Positions 1 through 15,700 are shown, counted from the first letter of the whole stretch. The stretch is DNA of 63,552 nucleotides, filler included, from Choristocarpus tenellus KU-1152 (GCA_964200185.2; 7 parts of 7 records of this genome joined end to end with filler, not necessarily neighbours in it), one strand, 5' to 3'. Program-made: numbers and translations. The notes: a model not told the origin generated them from the sequence alone.

Positions 1-744
1 CCCAGATACTTTGAGCCTATGGTTTTGCCAAGTCCAGGTGGAGTCTTTTCTTTTTCAATATCTTTCAGGCAATGTTGCCAGCATACAAATATTGACTGTT
101 GTGTTGAGCAAGATATGGGAAGTAGACCTCCTTTGACGTTTTGAGCAAGAAAAAAATTGACACTACTCTTCTTTACTTAGTGCTTGTGCTGGATGTTCCT
201 ATTGGGCACTCTGATATCCTGTGAGCTAGTATTGAAGGCACGATATCTTCACATCCATACAACTACTGTCATTTGTGGATGAGCTGTCTGAAGAGCTGTG
301 CGTCCATATTTGGTTGCTTTAATCTGACATATTCAGGTTCACCATGCTGACAGCAAATTTGTGAATGGAGTGGCTGGCTCAGGGGGGCCAGGTCTACGGA
401 GGAAGAAGAAGTGAGATGGACACACAGTGATATATATACTCGCTCATCTTGTGATGATGAGTTTTTTCCTACCAATTTTTTCTTATGCTACCTTAACTAA
501 TCACCTTTACTAGCTGGGTGCTGTACTTTTGTTATTGTTCAGCTTGTCTAGCACACATCAGGATTGGTTCGACAGTGCCATTCAGAAAGGCTTTTTTATG
601 TTAGTCCTCTGCACAAGTCCCTGATGCTATAACTCCCTCTGTTTTGGACATTGCAATACCTAACAACTTATTCTCCGACACCTATGGACTTCTGTCGGAT
701 ATCGTTGCTCAGAAGTGCTGCTAACCCTAATCCCCCCCATGAAG

Positions 745-3698
745 GTACCGTGTGGTACCATCACCCTTGGTGTGCTTGAGGTGGTGGCGTGTTTGCATTG
801 ATGAAGCCCATATGGTGGAGAACACAACTGCAGAGACAGCCAAGATGGCTCTCAGGATACCTGCACAGCACAGGCAAGAGGACATAGGTTAATGCAGGGA
901 AAAGCACCAAGAGAGAGATTGCGGCATGGTTGGATTGTGTTGATATAAAGATGACAAAAGGAGATATGTGTATATGGTTACCTGCTCCTCTCATGGTTTG
1001 CTTATGTGCGCTGTGGTTGTCAGTTGCTTTAGGACGAGTGTTAGTGTAGTCATATGCACATCACTCAAAACCCTGCAGCTGGAATATTTAGAGATTTCTT
1101 GCAATTTTTGAAAGCATGTCATGGACTTGAACTTTATGCTATATTCAAGGAGGGTAAATGTTTGCTAACCAGGGGCATATTCCCTTAGCCTAGCCCAATC
1201 TATGGGGATAGTGATGCTTTCTTCTGTGCAATGTGGAGCTCATGTCAGTTTCTAGGCATTGCATCAATTCATGCTTTTGAAAGAATGCCTCTACTTTCTA
1301 CATGATAGAAGTAAACTTGAGCAGTTCGTGATGTTTACTGCTACGAATAATTGTATCTTTATTGTTGTAAAATGAAAGAGCTGTGCATTGATTTTGCATA
1401 GACCTATATCTGCTGCAACCTTTATGGTTTTTATTTTATGTCTCCACTCTAGACCTCTATCCAGTGAACGGTTCATGCATAATGAATATGTTGCTCCAGC
1501 TGTCGGATTAGGAGTGACGAACTGATGAATGCTTTGAACCACTCTGCCTGGCAGCATGTGTGTATTTCTCATTTGTTGTGGTCCTGTGTATTTTGTGCGC
1601 ATCTTTATGTACTCAGTAGTTGGTCCAGCTGTCTGAGCAATATATTGCAGAGTTTACATAGTTGCCACATCTATGTTTCTTCCTGTTTATCTTTTGAGAG
1701 TCCCTCAAAATGTGTGTGTGGATTCGTGCGTGTATCACTTGCATTAGATTGCAACTGTATTATAATTTCTTATTTTTTGGATTGCAAGTCTTGTGCCAGG
1801 TTATATTAAAACTATATTCTGGTCCGCTATTTTCATGAATTTCCCTCCCGTCTCAACATCGGCCTGCTATTTCCTTGGATAACCACTTCAAGGTTAATTT
1901 CAGAACAATTGCTGATCGATAGTTCTGTACACCCTACTCCAAAGTGTTGAGGATGCCCCCTCAATCAACCAGCTCACTAAAATATATAGATGTGCCTTAG
2001 GCTAAAGACTGTGTACAATAGCACATTCACCCCCAATATTGTAGGATTTTTTATATCAATGTACTACTTGATTAAAGATCATGAGCAGTATCAGAAAAAC
2101 ATATTTAGTATAATTGATTGTTTGTCCGCTTCCTAGAACAAATGGAGCTCTTGTCATTGGTGGAAGGTAGCAGCATGTTCATTATGCTTGCCACCAACAT
2201 GGCAATGCCAATCTCTCAATACAGAAATCTATAGGAGCTATTCATCACAGAAAATAAATCCATCAGATGAATACTGCGAATGCATCATTCCATCCTTATA
2301 GCAATTGATATCACAACCCAACATTTAACCACACACTCTTCCACAAGAGTCAAAATAGCATATTGAACAGTAGCAGTATTTGGGCACATCACTACATTTC
2401 GCATATTTGATAAATTGTCAGGTGGTGTGTTAGTGGAACCCCGATTGGGAAGGGCAGCATTGAAGATCTGTATGGTTTACTCCTCTTCCTCAAGGTGAGG
2501 AACATCATCCATTACACCATTATTGTTATGTCATATTGTTGACTGGAGTGTATAGGGAGGAACAAGGGAGTGCAGGAGGAGGGACGGGTAGTTCTTGGAG
2601 GGTAATATGGTTGTAGTACCTTTTAGTCAGCATACACACAAGTGGTGGCGAATGTTCTCTATGGATGAGTTTGAGTTTGTGATTGCATATCATTAGGGTT
2701 GGTGCACCAGCAGTGAAGTGGTCAAGAATCGCATACAGTCTTCCTCTAACCATGACTGAGCACGCATGTTCAGTCTCCTCTCCTCTCTCACGGCCATGTG
2801 CACAGCTTGCGCAAGGAGTTTATGGTGTATACTTTGGTTACCAGGCACTTGCTGCTTGTTTTTTTCAGAGTGTCACCTTTTCCCTCTGATGCACACTTTT
2901 TTCTGCACTCCTGCTAGGCATCACCCCTTGATCAACGTCAACTCTGGACCAAGGTTGTTCGTGATCCAATAAACCAACGCCTGCCAGGAGCCATGGAACG
3001 CCTAATTGCTGCACTCAGGCTTGGTAAGCCACAAAAATGATGCGTGGTTGAGTATCTTATACTTCATTTTAGTAACCCAATCGTAGTTTTAAGAGTAGAG
3101 CTGCACAATAGAATCAAGGGAGAGACGAGGAGTATATGTACATGTGTTGACCCATATTGGACACTAGTGTTGTGTGCTTTGCCTGCATTACTGTTGGATA
3201 CTTGGGGAATATGGTCATTTGCCCTCCCACGTTTTCTTGCAGATCTTTCGTAAAACCTCATTGTCAGCAATGGCCATATTTGGCGGGGGGAAAAGGATGC
3301 TATTTTTTTTTTTTTTGACAGTAGACATGTTTTGTTGTTGGAAGGAAGCAATGGAGGTCATTCAGGTGAGTTGTCACGCACTGGGACTGTGCAATTTGTT
3401 GAATATGTACACTTCTTGTTGAGGCATGTTGGTCATCGTGGTGGGATGTGGGTGTGTGGTGTGTTTAATCGAGGTAGAGAAAGCAAGCACTCTGCAAGGA
3501 CATGACTTTTCTTTTTATCTTTTGTCGAGTTGATTTCTTTGAGGAGGGTGGAGGTTGTTGACTACTTCTACATTTTTTTGAGTAATGCTTTGTCTGCCCC
3601 TCTCTATCGTGATATGATCAGGTATATCTCAATCAGTTTATCCCCTCTTGTTCCCCATCCCCATCACTTCCAACTGTCCTCGTTGCCTGAGCACCTGT

Positions 3699-3744
<46 letters not shown>

Positions 3745-6700
3745 TTTTCCTTTCTTTCCCCCTCTGTGGCTTTCTTTTTTTTTTTTCTCTCCACNNNNNN
3801 NNNNCCCCATCACTTCCAACTGTCCTCGTTGCCTGAGCACCTGTTCCCCCCCTCCCCCCCCCCCAACCTCAATCCCTCCCTTCAAATCTGTGCATGTGTC
3901 GTCCATGTCGTGGCTTTGCTTGTTTGTCTGCACGACAACCTTTCTACCTGAGATGTCTTCCTTACCTGAACTGGCATTCGAAAATGCCATAATAGCCCTT
4001 GCTGATGAAATCAAATAGCTCAATGAATTCTCTCATTAGATATTACGGACTAAAATGACCAAGGGGATTGTATGTAACATTGGAAAGGAACTTTAGGTTT
4101 CACCTTTTCGCCTTGTCCTTTCCACCCTACATTAATGCCACAGCTATGACTGTTGTTAATACCCGCTAACTACCTCCTTTGTAGCATTGTAGTGCTGACA
4201 TCAAGACGACTGATCTCATGCCACCATGTATTGATCTGGGAAAAGTAATGTGGAGGGTGACCAAAGCCTCAGTGGCAGAGCAGGTGGAGATTCCAACTCA
4301 GGTGATCAAACATTGTGTGTTCCTTTCTTGCTGTTGTCCTCTCCCACCTTTTACCATATAGCATACCATGCTCATCAGCGCGAGATGTAGAGGTGGGGTT
4401 TGCACTGATAGTCATTTATACATTTGAGTTTGTGATTGTGACAGCTACTTCTGTCTATGCTGTTCTTCCAGCAACATTGCGTTATTTCTCTGTGGGAATG
4501 GCTACTGATGTAAGGATCTAAACTACTACACACATGTTTGTTCAACGGAGAGATACTGCTCCTGAAACTCTGATACTGTGCAAGATCCTGTCATCTTAGA
4601 ATTTTCTTTGGAGCTGACTTTGACATAGTATTGAATTGTATGTGAATAATTTGTTCAGAAGTTATTTTTTGCTGTGGTGTGGTTTTGACTTGATCATGCA
4701 GATTCTACTCTAACGCACACAGATAAGCCCTTTTTCATTAGGTTGTAAAGCTCTAATACCTATACCTATGTACTGGCATTATGCTTCAGGCCTCTTGTAT
4801 ATCTCTGAACTACGAAAAGGAGGGGAAAACTGTTGTTCTATTGGATTTGATTTCTTCCATTTGTTGGAACTAAGGACATCAGAATGTGCCCTTGTGATTG
4901 TAATTCGTAGTAAGAGATTTGGCATGAGGGAGTGGGTAATAGAAGAAATGGGGATAAGCACCTTGTCTTTTTGGGGGGCATCAATTTTATTATCAATGTT
5001 TCTAATGTTGAATTTGGTAGGCTTCCAAAACACTATGGTCAATCTCTATCTGTGAGAGACAATATTTCATAGCAATCTTGCATATATTATCTTTTTCCAT
5101 TTGTTGTGACTTTCATGGTAGCAAGGGTGGAGTGCACAAGCAGGTTGCTTGCTCTGATACAGCCTTTTCTTTTGATATTAAGTCTCATCTCTAATTATGA
5201 ACACTTCTTTTTTTACCCCACTCCATTCAAAGAAGATGGGTTTGCGTGTGAATCAAACATTTCTGGGGGTTGGGGAACTCATCCACTGACTGGAAAGGAC
5301 TCCTTGCATTACAATAGCACGGCTAGGATTCAGTTTGATTTTGGTTAGGTTTGATGCCGGGTTCAGTCTCAGGGAAAACATACCTTGAGACCGCAGTATT
5401 TCTCTGTCTTTGTCTTTGCTCTTGTAAATTGTTGAAGTTGCAAGCAGATTTTTCTAATGAGTTAACCAAGTATTTGACGACTCAAAATTTTAGGGCCTGC
5501 TTAAGCTGGCCTGCAGATACGGTATGCACACATGCAATGAAGATCATTTTCTCTCAATTTATGTCCTCTGCTTTCAAGTACAATGCTGAGTCGCATAGAT
5601 TGGTGCTCTTTATGGTTCACCCGAATGAACTGCGCCTGCCAGGTGGAGGTAGAGAAGCGTTTGAGGTTTTCCAGTGTGGAAGCACACTTTTATCGGAAGC
5701 AACACAGCGAAACCGCCGCCATAGCGGCTAGGTGAGATGTCAGAAACGTTTGGCCTGATTTAATATTGGTGCACATTGGGAATGATAGATTGCAAATACT
5801 GAGTGGGTGGATGGGGGGAGGGAGAGGCTAGGTCAGAGAGCAAGGTGTATGTACTTGTGCAAGGGGGATGTAGGGGTATCGAAGCATTTCATTCAAACAC
5901 AACCCTGCCGGAAAATGAAGTCCACACCGTCGGTTTAATTTGTAACATCCAGCCTCTCCTGCTCCATTGCAGTGTATCTATCTTTGCCAGACTCTAGTTT
6001 TCAATGGAGTAATATGACTCTCGTGTACATAAACAAATAGGAAGAAACTATAGGCATGATACTTGACGTAGGGGGATATACCTCAGAGCACTATGATATT
6101 TGCGCCAGTTTAAACCCACCCACCCACCGACACAACCTTTCCCTCCTTGTACCACTTTTTGCTGATATTATTCTGAACCATTGAACAATTCGCAAAAGTT
6201 CATCTTGACAACCAATACCCTGGACTTTCCTCTAATTCCCCTGCCTCGCTGACACACAACTCAGCTATATTTTCTTCTTAATGCTTGTATGGCAACACCC
6301 TGTCCTGCCTTCCCCCCATCGACTTACCCCAGGTTAGCCAAGGGCGGGGGAGCTGGGGCCTTGGAGAAGATGTTCAAGGCTCTGATTAAGTTAAGGCAGG
6401 CGTGCTGCCACCCCAGCATTGGTAGTGGGGGCATCCAGGGCGGCAGGGTCCTGGGGGCAGGGGCTCGTGGTTCCATCCAAGGAGGGTGGTTGACAATGGA
6501 TCAGATCCTGGACAGGTCCGTGTGTAGTGTATGCCACATAGATTAATCATGTTAGAGGAAGCATCATATTGGAGATGTGGAAAAATGATACATATATAGT
6601 CCAGCATAGTGGTTGCAATTTGAGGGTAACATGTTGTTTTGTCTTACTTGCTGTGGGCTATGAGATCTTTTGGAATAGTCAGATCTGGTTGGAAAATACC

Positions 6701-9700
6701 TTGAATGGTAGAATATGAGGCTTGTTTGCCAATCGTATTCAGGATGTGCATTTAATCTTTGGTCAAGTTCATCTTGACCAAAACCACATTTATTTTTTTA
6801 AGGTCTGCTGTAGGGGGTGACTTGTACTAAGTCTTGATAAAAGCTGTATCGTATCCTCTAGGTAGATAATTGATGCCTTCCTTGAGACTGATTTCATCCC
6901 ATTAGTACTGGCAGTGGCAAGGATGGGGTCTCACACAATGCTGAGCCCTCTCACAACTTATAAAAAAAATAGGTTTGCAACTGGACCTTACCTAATTCGT
7001 GATCCATTTAGGTGGGAGTATGATGTGATGTGCAAGAGTACCACAACAGAATATGTTCGGACTCATATAGAGCTCGATATCCCCTCCTGTACTTTGAAGC
7101 GTAACTAAAATGATCTTGAAAAGGGTCTTGTTCATATCCAAGCTCAACAACAACATTTATTGAAGGTGTCCAAGTAAGAAGTATTTTGCACTTTTGAGTG
7201 CACTCCTGGAATTCCAAATATGCCTCAACCAATTGTTCGTCTTTTTCATCGCTTGTAAGAGATCTGCTTTGATATCTCTAAGATCTTCCAAACCACGACT
7301 TGTAAGGCAGTCTAGGATCCTACCCAACAATGCCAATTTGCTAAGGACATGCTTGAGTGAACTTTCATCTCTCAGACCACCTTTTGGTTAGAACCGGTGA
7401 ATCAGCTGGCCTTACTTTCAATATTATGTTGTGTTTTTCTGTGTGTAGTGCCTCCAATCACGTTACCAATTCAATCACAACAAAATAATAGCAAACCCGA
7501 CCATAATGATTTACATGAGGTTGTAAACCAAACATCGTGCCACCTAAGAACTTGTCTTTTTCTTGAAAAGGTTGATTGATGAGGAGCGACTCAAGGCTGA
7601 GGAAGCACAACGGATTGTACTGCTGAACATGAATGCCTCTGCTGCCATTGAACGCCTGGTTGTGGAGCTTGAAGATCGCAGAAACTTAAAGCGCAGAAGG
7701 AGGGTTGAGGATGTGGTAGATGGTAGAGGGAGAGGTAGACAGTATGAGGAAGGCAATGCTGGAGGTCAACTTGCTGAAGAGGAAATATCAATGGTTGCTG
7801 CTGTTGATGGAAACCGCTGGAGGGATGGAGGGTGTGCAGTAGGGGGGACCACTGATGGTGGGGAACGAGGGGGTAGGGTACAGGGCAGTGGGGGTAGTGG
7901 TATTCAGGATGGCGGCTTACACGGCGATGGCATGAGCAAGGGTCTCCATGGTCTGTGGGAGGCGGTACGGATGTATGAAAAAGCCCTTGAGCTGGTGGAC
8001 AAGAGCCGGTAAGAAGGTGTGCCTTCTTTCATTCACATATTTGAGCCTTTGCAATGGCTTTCATTACTCCCATATGCCCCTCCTGGGATTACTATAGAGA
8101 ATTTGATTGGGGCCAGTGTGAAAACGTCAAGCATAGCGTTTGAGTTTTAGACCCTGTAGAGCTCTAACCTAGATCTAACATTCTCTCAACCTCAGCGAGT
8201 CTAATGATGGAGACATGAAACTTCTCACTGATATTGTCATCATACCGATTTACTCTGTGTTGATTGGCCATGCGGTATGACCTGCATGGTATCCGGAGCT
8301 TTTGTCAGAGTCAGGTCTAGGGTGAATGTAGTCGTTATTGTTGTGTCTTATAATATCGATTGTCCAATTGTGTTTTTGAAAAGTTGAAGGGGTGCAGGAC
8401 GGCAAACTTGATGGTGGTGATCTCCACTTGTACTTGTAATTCAGAATATAATGCATTTCTGGATATGATTCCATGGGTGAACAAGCATTTGAGGGAGATT
8501 GTAGTATGGAGTACTTCTCTGGTGTGATTTGGAGTGAATTGCCAACGTTGAGAATGGCAAGAAATATATATAGGGGTGGTCATCTGGCAGCAAGAGAGGA
8601 CGACAATTTCTTTTTCCTTGCGGCGCACAAGTAATACCTTAGACCCTATTTGGTATCTCAGGGGAAAACCTTCATTGCTCCCGTAATATATCTATCGCTC
8701 TTTTGTGGCTCTATCTTCAATATGTGTTATCAAGTATTGCATGTAAGCACGAGTCACAAGTTTTCCAAGTGCATATGTGAATGTTATGTTCTACACATGT
8801 GTATTTGCATTGATTCTTTTGCATTGTTTTGAGCAAAGCATGTTCAGTACGGTGATTGACATCTTGACAATTTATTTGTCAATTGTTTCATTTTGCACAT
8901 TGGTTGGAGTGGTGTTAACGTTTCCTACCATAAGCGCCCCTCTCATCCGCGTCATGATCAACCTTTGACGGTGGAATGTTGGCCATTTCGGTGTGGATGC
9001 AGCACACCAGGGCCTATCACTGGCGGGGTGGAGCTAACGGCATCACCAGGATTCCTGCGAGGCATTCATGATGGCAATACGAAAGCTAATAGCACAGACA
9101 GCAGTGATGGTGATGACAATGGCGGTGATAATTGTGCAGAGGTGTCATTGAACAAGGTCATTGATGCTGGTAAGGGCATTCCACTCTGTTGGGATCTGCA
9201 AAAGCAAAGACTAACGTGGAAGAGGGGGGAAAGCTTCAAGGTGGTGCAATTGGAGGCACCTGTGTGGGTTAAGTTTCGCTTCTCGGAGAGGAAGAGGTGC
9301 GGATAGATGTTGTACTGATGAATGCTACCCAAGATGATCGCTCTTGCACAAGAGGAAGATGATTGGGGTGGAGGAAGGGAATGATTGTTGGAACTTGACA
9401 AAAAGGGGATGGGTACCGAGGGGGGCGGGCGGAGCTTTTTTGTTCTTTTTGCAATAATGCATCCTCTCCTGGTATTCTTACTTTTCAATGCATGGATTTT
9501 TTCTCTTGACAACTGTAAGCAGCGAAGCGGTAAGCATGTAGATACTATGCCCATGAATTGGTATCTTTGCTGATTCATGCATTAGTTGTGTAGATGTCTG
9601 GAGTGTAAGTCTTCATAAAAACTGAATTTCTAGATTTGTGGATATACACTATAGAGCTATGTATGCCAAATTCTACCAATAGTAAGACCTTTTTTGACAA

Positions 9701-12700
9701 GATTTTGCTCTGCATCTTGGGCATACATCTTCATAGTGAAATTTTTCGAAAATATTGATATCCATCTTTTGAAAGACAGTTGTTGATAAGTCAACCATTG
9801 TATCCATGAGTAGGTACTTGTCCTGTGATGTCAAACTAAAAATCAGATGACGAATCAGCCATGTATGGCCTAATAACAACTGTACTGTATGCCCACATTT
9901 GTGATTTTCAGGTGGCAAAGTTTCGTACCTACAAGAGACAGCCTTACAAAGTGTTTAGCTTTTTAGGGAATGTTGGAAAACAAGATACTCCCCTTTTAGG
10001 AACGATAAGTGCAGTTATTGTTTTGGTAATGAGCACTTGATTATGTCCAACCAGTCCCTGTCCATATTCCCATTGAAATTATATGTCTATAGATCTAGCT
10101 TCCTTATAACATAGATGGCAGGCTTGATATACTATCCGAAATTCTTATGGTGGGTGTCTATGTGCATGCAAGAAAAGTAGTTAATGTTGATACGCGGTAC
10201 TCACCCACTGCTTATTATATTGGAAGTTGTAGGAACTAAAGCTAGACAGCGTTAGAGTAGGAATGCTTATGTATGTTGAAATTTTGGCTTTGTCATATAT
10301 TGTTGCCAACTCGGCACTACTGTCGTCAAAATCAATATTCCTTCTTGAGATGTGATACCTCTGCTCCCTCGAGTGCTCCTGAGTGTTTCCTTCAAGGTCA
10401 GATAATTTGAACCGATGGGTGATAACGCTTTGACAGTTTCACGAGGTTTTCGAACCTCATCAAATGCTACTTGGTCGACTTTGCACTGGTGATCCTCCAC
10501 AGTCATGACAGCCCACCCTCTCAAACTTTGCACACCTCCTAATCTATATGAGAACTAAGCCTCATCCAGTTGATATTATCACGTGGGTCATTCCTAGACG
10601 ACAACAGACCTTTACGTTAAATTCAATTCCGAATGGAGGGAGTATGACAAACCAACAGCAATTTTGGGAGAACTTAGCATACGCTCACATGTCGTAAGTA
10701 TTCAGACCACACTGGTGTGTTGAGTGAAAAACGTACTCTTTGCCCAAAGGATCTGTATCTAAATTGTGATTCTACCCAAAGTCACTAAGATTCCTAGTCT
10801 TGGTATTTACTCCTCCCTTACATTGCATGCACACCTGAAGGAGTTAGCACTAAAACCAGTCCTAACCTCAAAGACAACTCAAGTAAATCCAGAGTAAAGA
10901 AGCCTTGCTCTCATCTTTATTTATCCACAACCCTCCCCCATTCACCTACTAACACCAACCTAACACCGCCTACATACAAAAAGGATACTGCGTGTCTACT
11001 TGAGGACCTCCCATCCATGGGAGAGGAGGGAAGATAGAACAGTACATGCCTCTGAACGTGTGACAGGAAACAGGGATGGAAGTGGGAGTGAAGATGGGGT
11101 CGAATGCAGCGGACAGAGCAGGACAAAAGATGCAAAGGACAAAGTGGTGTTCGTCTTTTACCCCAAAGACTGTATGCTGCAGGTACTTCAGTTGCAAGTT
11201 CGATTTCGAAATGTTTTTGAGGACCCAACAAGAATCTCTAGACTGGAATTCCTCACCACGTAGCTAGTAGAATTCATTCTCTCAATCTTACTAGGGCAGA
11301 CAGTGCCCCCCTCCCTGTTTATCCCCTCCCCACCCTCATTCCAAGTTCATTATTTTTTGTGCAATCCTGAGTTCAAGGCCATATCTAAACCTCCTATGCA
11401 TGAGCGGTGATGCTGAGTCCTCAGTCTGGATGTTTTATTTGCCAAAGCTACTTCATTGTTGATTAGTGTAACCACATACTTTTCAATCTGCTCAAGACGG
11501 AAAATTGTGTACACACCCGTTGCCCACACTCCCTTCACATTACTCCTTCTCAATGATAATACCGCTGCCCTTGAATGTGTTCTGGCACTCGCCAAAATTT
11601 GCAGTCTGCCCATGTGGGAGGAGGCATATTCTCAAATGTACAGCGCTTCTCTCTCCCACCACCAGTCTCTGTATCCCTTTCCCCAGCGAACCCTTCCACT
11701 GTGGATGGTGAGCATGGTTCGGGGAGGGATGAACACGAACGGTGGGGGTTGGGGGAAGGTAGTGGAAGAAATGGAAGGAGCAATGAGGGTCAACATCACA
11801 AATGGGGAAAGAGTACTTGGCACGAGGTGGTACTTTCCGATGCCAGCAGCAATGGTGGCATTGACACTGAACATATCGGTCATGGGGGGTGGCAAGGGAA
11901 TAGTGGAGGAACCAAAGCTCGAGAGTGGCGGCTAGTAATTGAGTCCTGCTATGCTACCCAGGCAAGATCATTGGATGTCGAAAAAGGTGGAGAGGTACCA
12001 GAACAACCACAACCTTTGTCCATGGCAAGAAACATAAAGATAGGTGACGGTGCAATCATGATGACTAGGGCAACAACAGCCAATATGGATAAAGATGAGT
12101 CCAATGTTGCCACTGTTGCATCAACTGCTACCATGACCCCCCCCAAGGCGGACAATAAGGTTGCTAAGGCTATGATATTGCAAGGGGATGAGGAGAACAC
12201 GATGGAAGGAATACAGAACTGTGAGGGCAATGGTGAAGACAATGCAGTGGGTATAGGAGAAGGGACATCTACTGCAAGGAAAGCAGGACCAGGACAGCTG
12301 TTCCTAGAGCTGGAGCTTCAAGAGGTTAGGAGACTAATTATGAGGAGGCATATTTCGTACAAGTTGCTGCCAATTACTGAGTGTGATATTTGGTAGTGAA
12401 TCTTCTCATTAGGCGCACCTGGCAACCCTTATGTTTTTGACTGCCTCCGAAGTGCTTGGGTTGTGTAATTGCTACCCCAGTGCAGTTCAGAATATATGCT
12501 CTTGCTGATACCTCTGTTTACGTGGTCCTGTTGTGCCTTGTGGAGGGAGGGACTGCCAAGAATTAGGACTACATATAATTGATTCAGTGTTGAGGCTTTG
12601 GCTTGGGGTTAGAGACTCTACTCGTTTCATTTTTACAGCATGATTCACTCAGTACTCAGGAAAGCAGGTAGACACAATACTTGTTGGCTGATTGGCAATG

Positions 12701-15700
12701 TGGTTCGGTTGGGACAGCTGATTGGCACCTTGACATGTGGGTCTAGAACAATATTGTTTATTTTGTTGTGATTCTTGAATCCGATGATAAAAATATATAG
12801 GGGACAACATTGATCTGCAATATGATATGACTAAAGATATACTGTTGATTATATTTAGGTCTATCTTATCCTTTCAGTGGTGAACTTTAAACTCTCACAT
12901 TGTCTCGCTGACCTCCCATTTTTTTTTCAACACCAATCGCACATTGCTCTATATTTGTGAGTGGCCCAATCCTCTACCTTGGATATTACATGGAACGTTA
13001 CCAGTACTATACTATATGTACTTAGTGGCACATCTGTCAAGATAAAGAATTTTTTTCTTCTTGACTACACTGTGCTAGTATTTATTTTGTGGATGGGGTG
13101 TGTGCAAATCTTTTTCATTTGATGATGGCATGAGTCAGATCGCCATACCACTGCATGAGAGCCCTTTAGAGTTAGAGTTGCCGTTCTTGATTAGGATCAA
13201 TAATACTGAAGTTCATAGGACAATGGTTATGGTTCACAGCTACTTTAGGGGGGACTTTCTTTGTGTGCTGCGTATGAATTCTACAGTGGCAGAAGTACCG
13301 GGTAACGCTTCTCTAAGATCGAGATATTGATTACTGTTTTTCTGAGACTGCTTGTTGCAGTGCACCTTAACACATGTCTTATTCCTACTGTGAATGATGT
13401 TCTTGTATTTATCTGACCGAACGACTTACGTCTGCAATGTTGTATAGGCAGAGGTGGATGTGGATGACCTCCAGGTGCTACACATCGCCCACAATCTTGG
13501 GCAGACATTGGTGCAGGCTGAACAACTCCAGGCCGTTGAACACTCTACACAGGTGCTAGGGCAAGGTTTCACTTGGTGGCTGTGGGATATAGAGAGAATT
13601 GATGCATCAATGCATCTAAGATGGGGAATTGGGTGGTGAGGCAGGGCTATTTTGTTAGGGTTTTTTTACAAGGTTATGAGAGCATGATGGGCAGACAAGA
13701 ATGGAGAGGGGGGAAAACACTTTTGTTATTCGTATTATTCTCAATGTTGAAGATTTATGGTGAGGAAGTCAGTAGGGTAGGGGCTAAACATACTCTATTT
13801 CAGATTTAAAACATGTCTCCATACAAGGCACCGTGGTCACATAGCCTCTTCACCACTAGGAACTGGTGTGAACCTTCTTTGAGTAAGCAAATATGGACTC
13901 AATTTTCACTACATTTGTTGATAAGAATCTTTCACCTAGCTTGTTTTCATCCTATGATAACATTCGGCGCTCTCTCCAGTGTATTGTTTCTTGCTTTGAA
14001 TGCCATGCCCACCAGTCAATTGTAGGAGCGTGTGTCATCCACCAGAGGGTTATCCTTCATCAGACCTGTGCAGCATTGTGTATCCCTCCTCAGCATTACG
14101 AGGATCATGTCTTTTCTCACTCACATCACTCCATGCAGCATAGCACCCCAAGAAGATAATTGGAGGCGAGGCATGTTCATAGGGATAACATGAATGCTGC
14201 TGTGAGCACTATTCGTGTGCCCTCCCCCATCCTTTTGTTGCCCAAAGTGAACACAAGTTATATGCTCTCAGATGTGCCACCAGGTGCCAGCCTCGACCTT
14301 GGCTTCAGGAGCAGAGGAAGGGGGCAATACAACTCCCTCACATCCATCACGCTCCACTGCAACTTCAGAGCCTGTGCAGGGGGGTGAGCAGTCCGGGAGA
14401 TTAGAATCAGGCAGGGAGGGAGTCATGTTGAACACTCCGTCAACCCCCCCTGCTTCCCTTGCTAGAATTTCTACGGTCAGTGTAGAGGGAGGCAGGAGAT
14501 ACAGCACGCAGGAGGGACCATTTCGTTCTCCCTCCTCCTCTGCCCCCATATCATCTCCAAGAAGGGTGGGCAGACGGTGAGTTAGTTGCCTTAAGATAAT
14601 CTATATGAGTTTCCCTGTCATCTGTTTTTTGTCTCAAAATCACCTCAATGTGGAGGATGAGCACCACTGAAGTTGGGAAGGACAGTGGTTCCAAATCAGT
14701 GAAATCATTGAGTGAAAGCACTCAAGAGGCTAGTGCCGTGTCCGTTCAGGATCATAAGTCCAATGTTGCGATTTTAATGAATTTGGTCATCTTGTTTGTT
14801 AGAAAGTGTCTATATCCTTGCTCAGGACACACATTTCATACTCGTGTACATTTTAGGTAACTGTGTTCACACAGAAAACCGACAAAGGGCATAAAAACCC
14901 GTGGGAAGCCAAGCCCTGAACGGACAAACAGGGCAAAACTCCTACCCTCTTCAATGATTTGGGTCCATTTCAATGTCGAAAACTGGGGAAATAACTGTTT
15001 AGTGATGTGTTGGAATCAATTACTATAGAATTGTGCTGATGCCGAGACCATGCCCTACCTTCAAGATCCTGTTTGATGAATGCTTGTCGATGTCTTCCCT
15101 TATGGTAGAATATTGGAAATATGTTGCAGAACTACTCATTAGTTGATTAATCAACACCTTTTCAATGACCTCTTGCAAGAATCATTTCTATATTGAGGTT
15201 GACTGCTGACTGTCACACCTGGGTTGCCACAATTAATACTGTAAATATTAGTAACGACACAAATTTCTCCAGAATCAGAGATAGAGTGTAATATTGCTAT
15301 GTTTAATGAGGTGGACAATTAATTATCAACATATATCAGAAGCACAAGCGAGGTAGAAAAGCTCAAGAATGGGTTGCTTGCTTGCCATAGGACACAAATA
15401 GAAGTCGTTTCACATTTAGATCTACCCCTGTCATTCAAACCAGGGATCAGAATCGTTACCCATACTATATTCTCTAGCAAAGCACATGTTCCTGCCATGA
15501 AATGCTAAATATGGCGGGTGTATAGGCACATACACATACATTCAAGTAGTCAAGTGGACTGTGGTCTGAGTATCTTGTGGATACATTCTTGTTTGTTCTC
15601 CTCGTTGTCCTTTTCCACACAAGAACACTTGTGAGGTTGATGTGAGAGTGCCTAAGCCAAATGGATGATTTAATACGCACTTCCTTCCCTGCCTATATGT

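Noticed and set aside
799-810. DEAH instead of the DEAQ recalled for animal SHPRH
   Set aside because: DEAH is a normal SNF2 motif II variant.
3655-3865. 45-bp duplication with poly-C on either side of a 10-N gap; proline-rich ORFs
   Set aside because: Most likely an overlap artefact at a scaffold gap next to a homopolymer. It lies in an SHPRH intron.
6950-7390. Coding-like minus-strand stretch in an SHPRH intron (…LLQAMKKTNNWLRHIWNSR…)
   Set aside because: It could be a decayed transposase, but I could not match any diagnostic motif and it contains stops.
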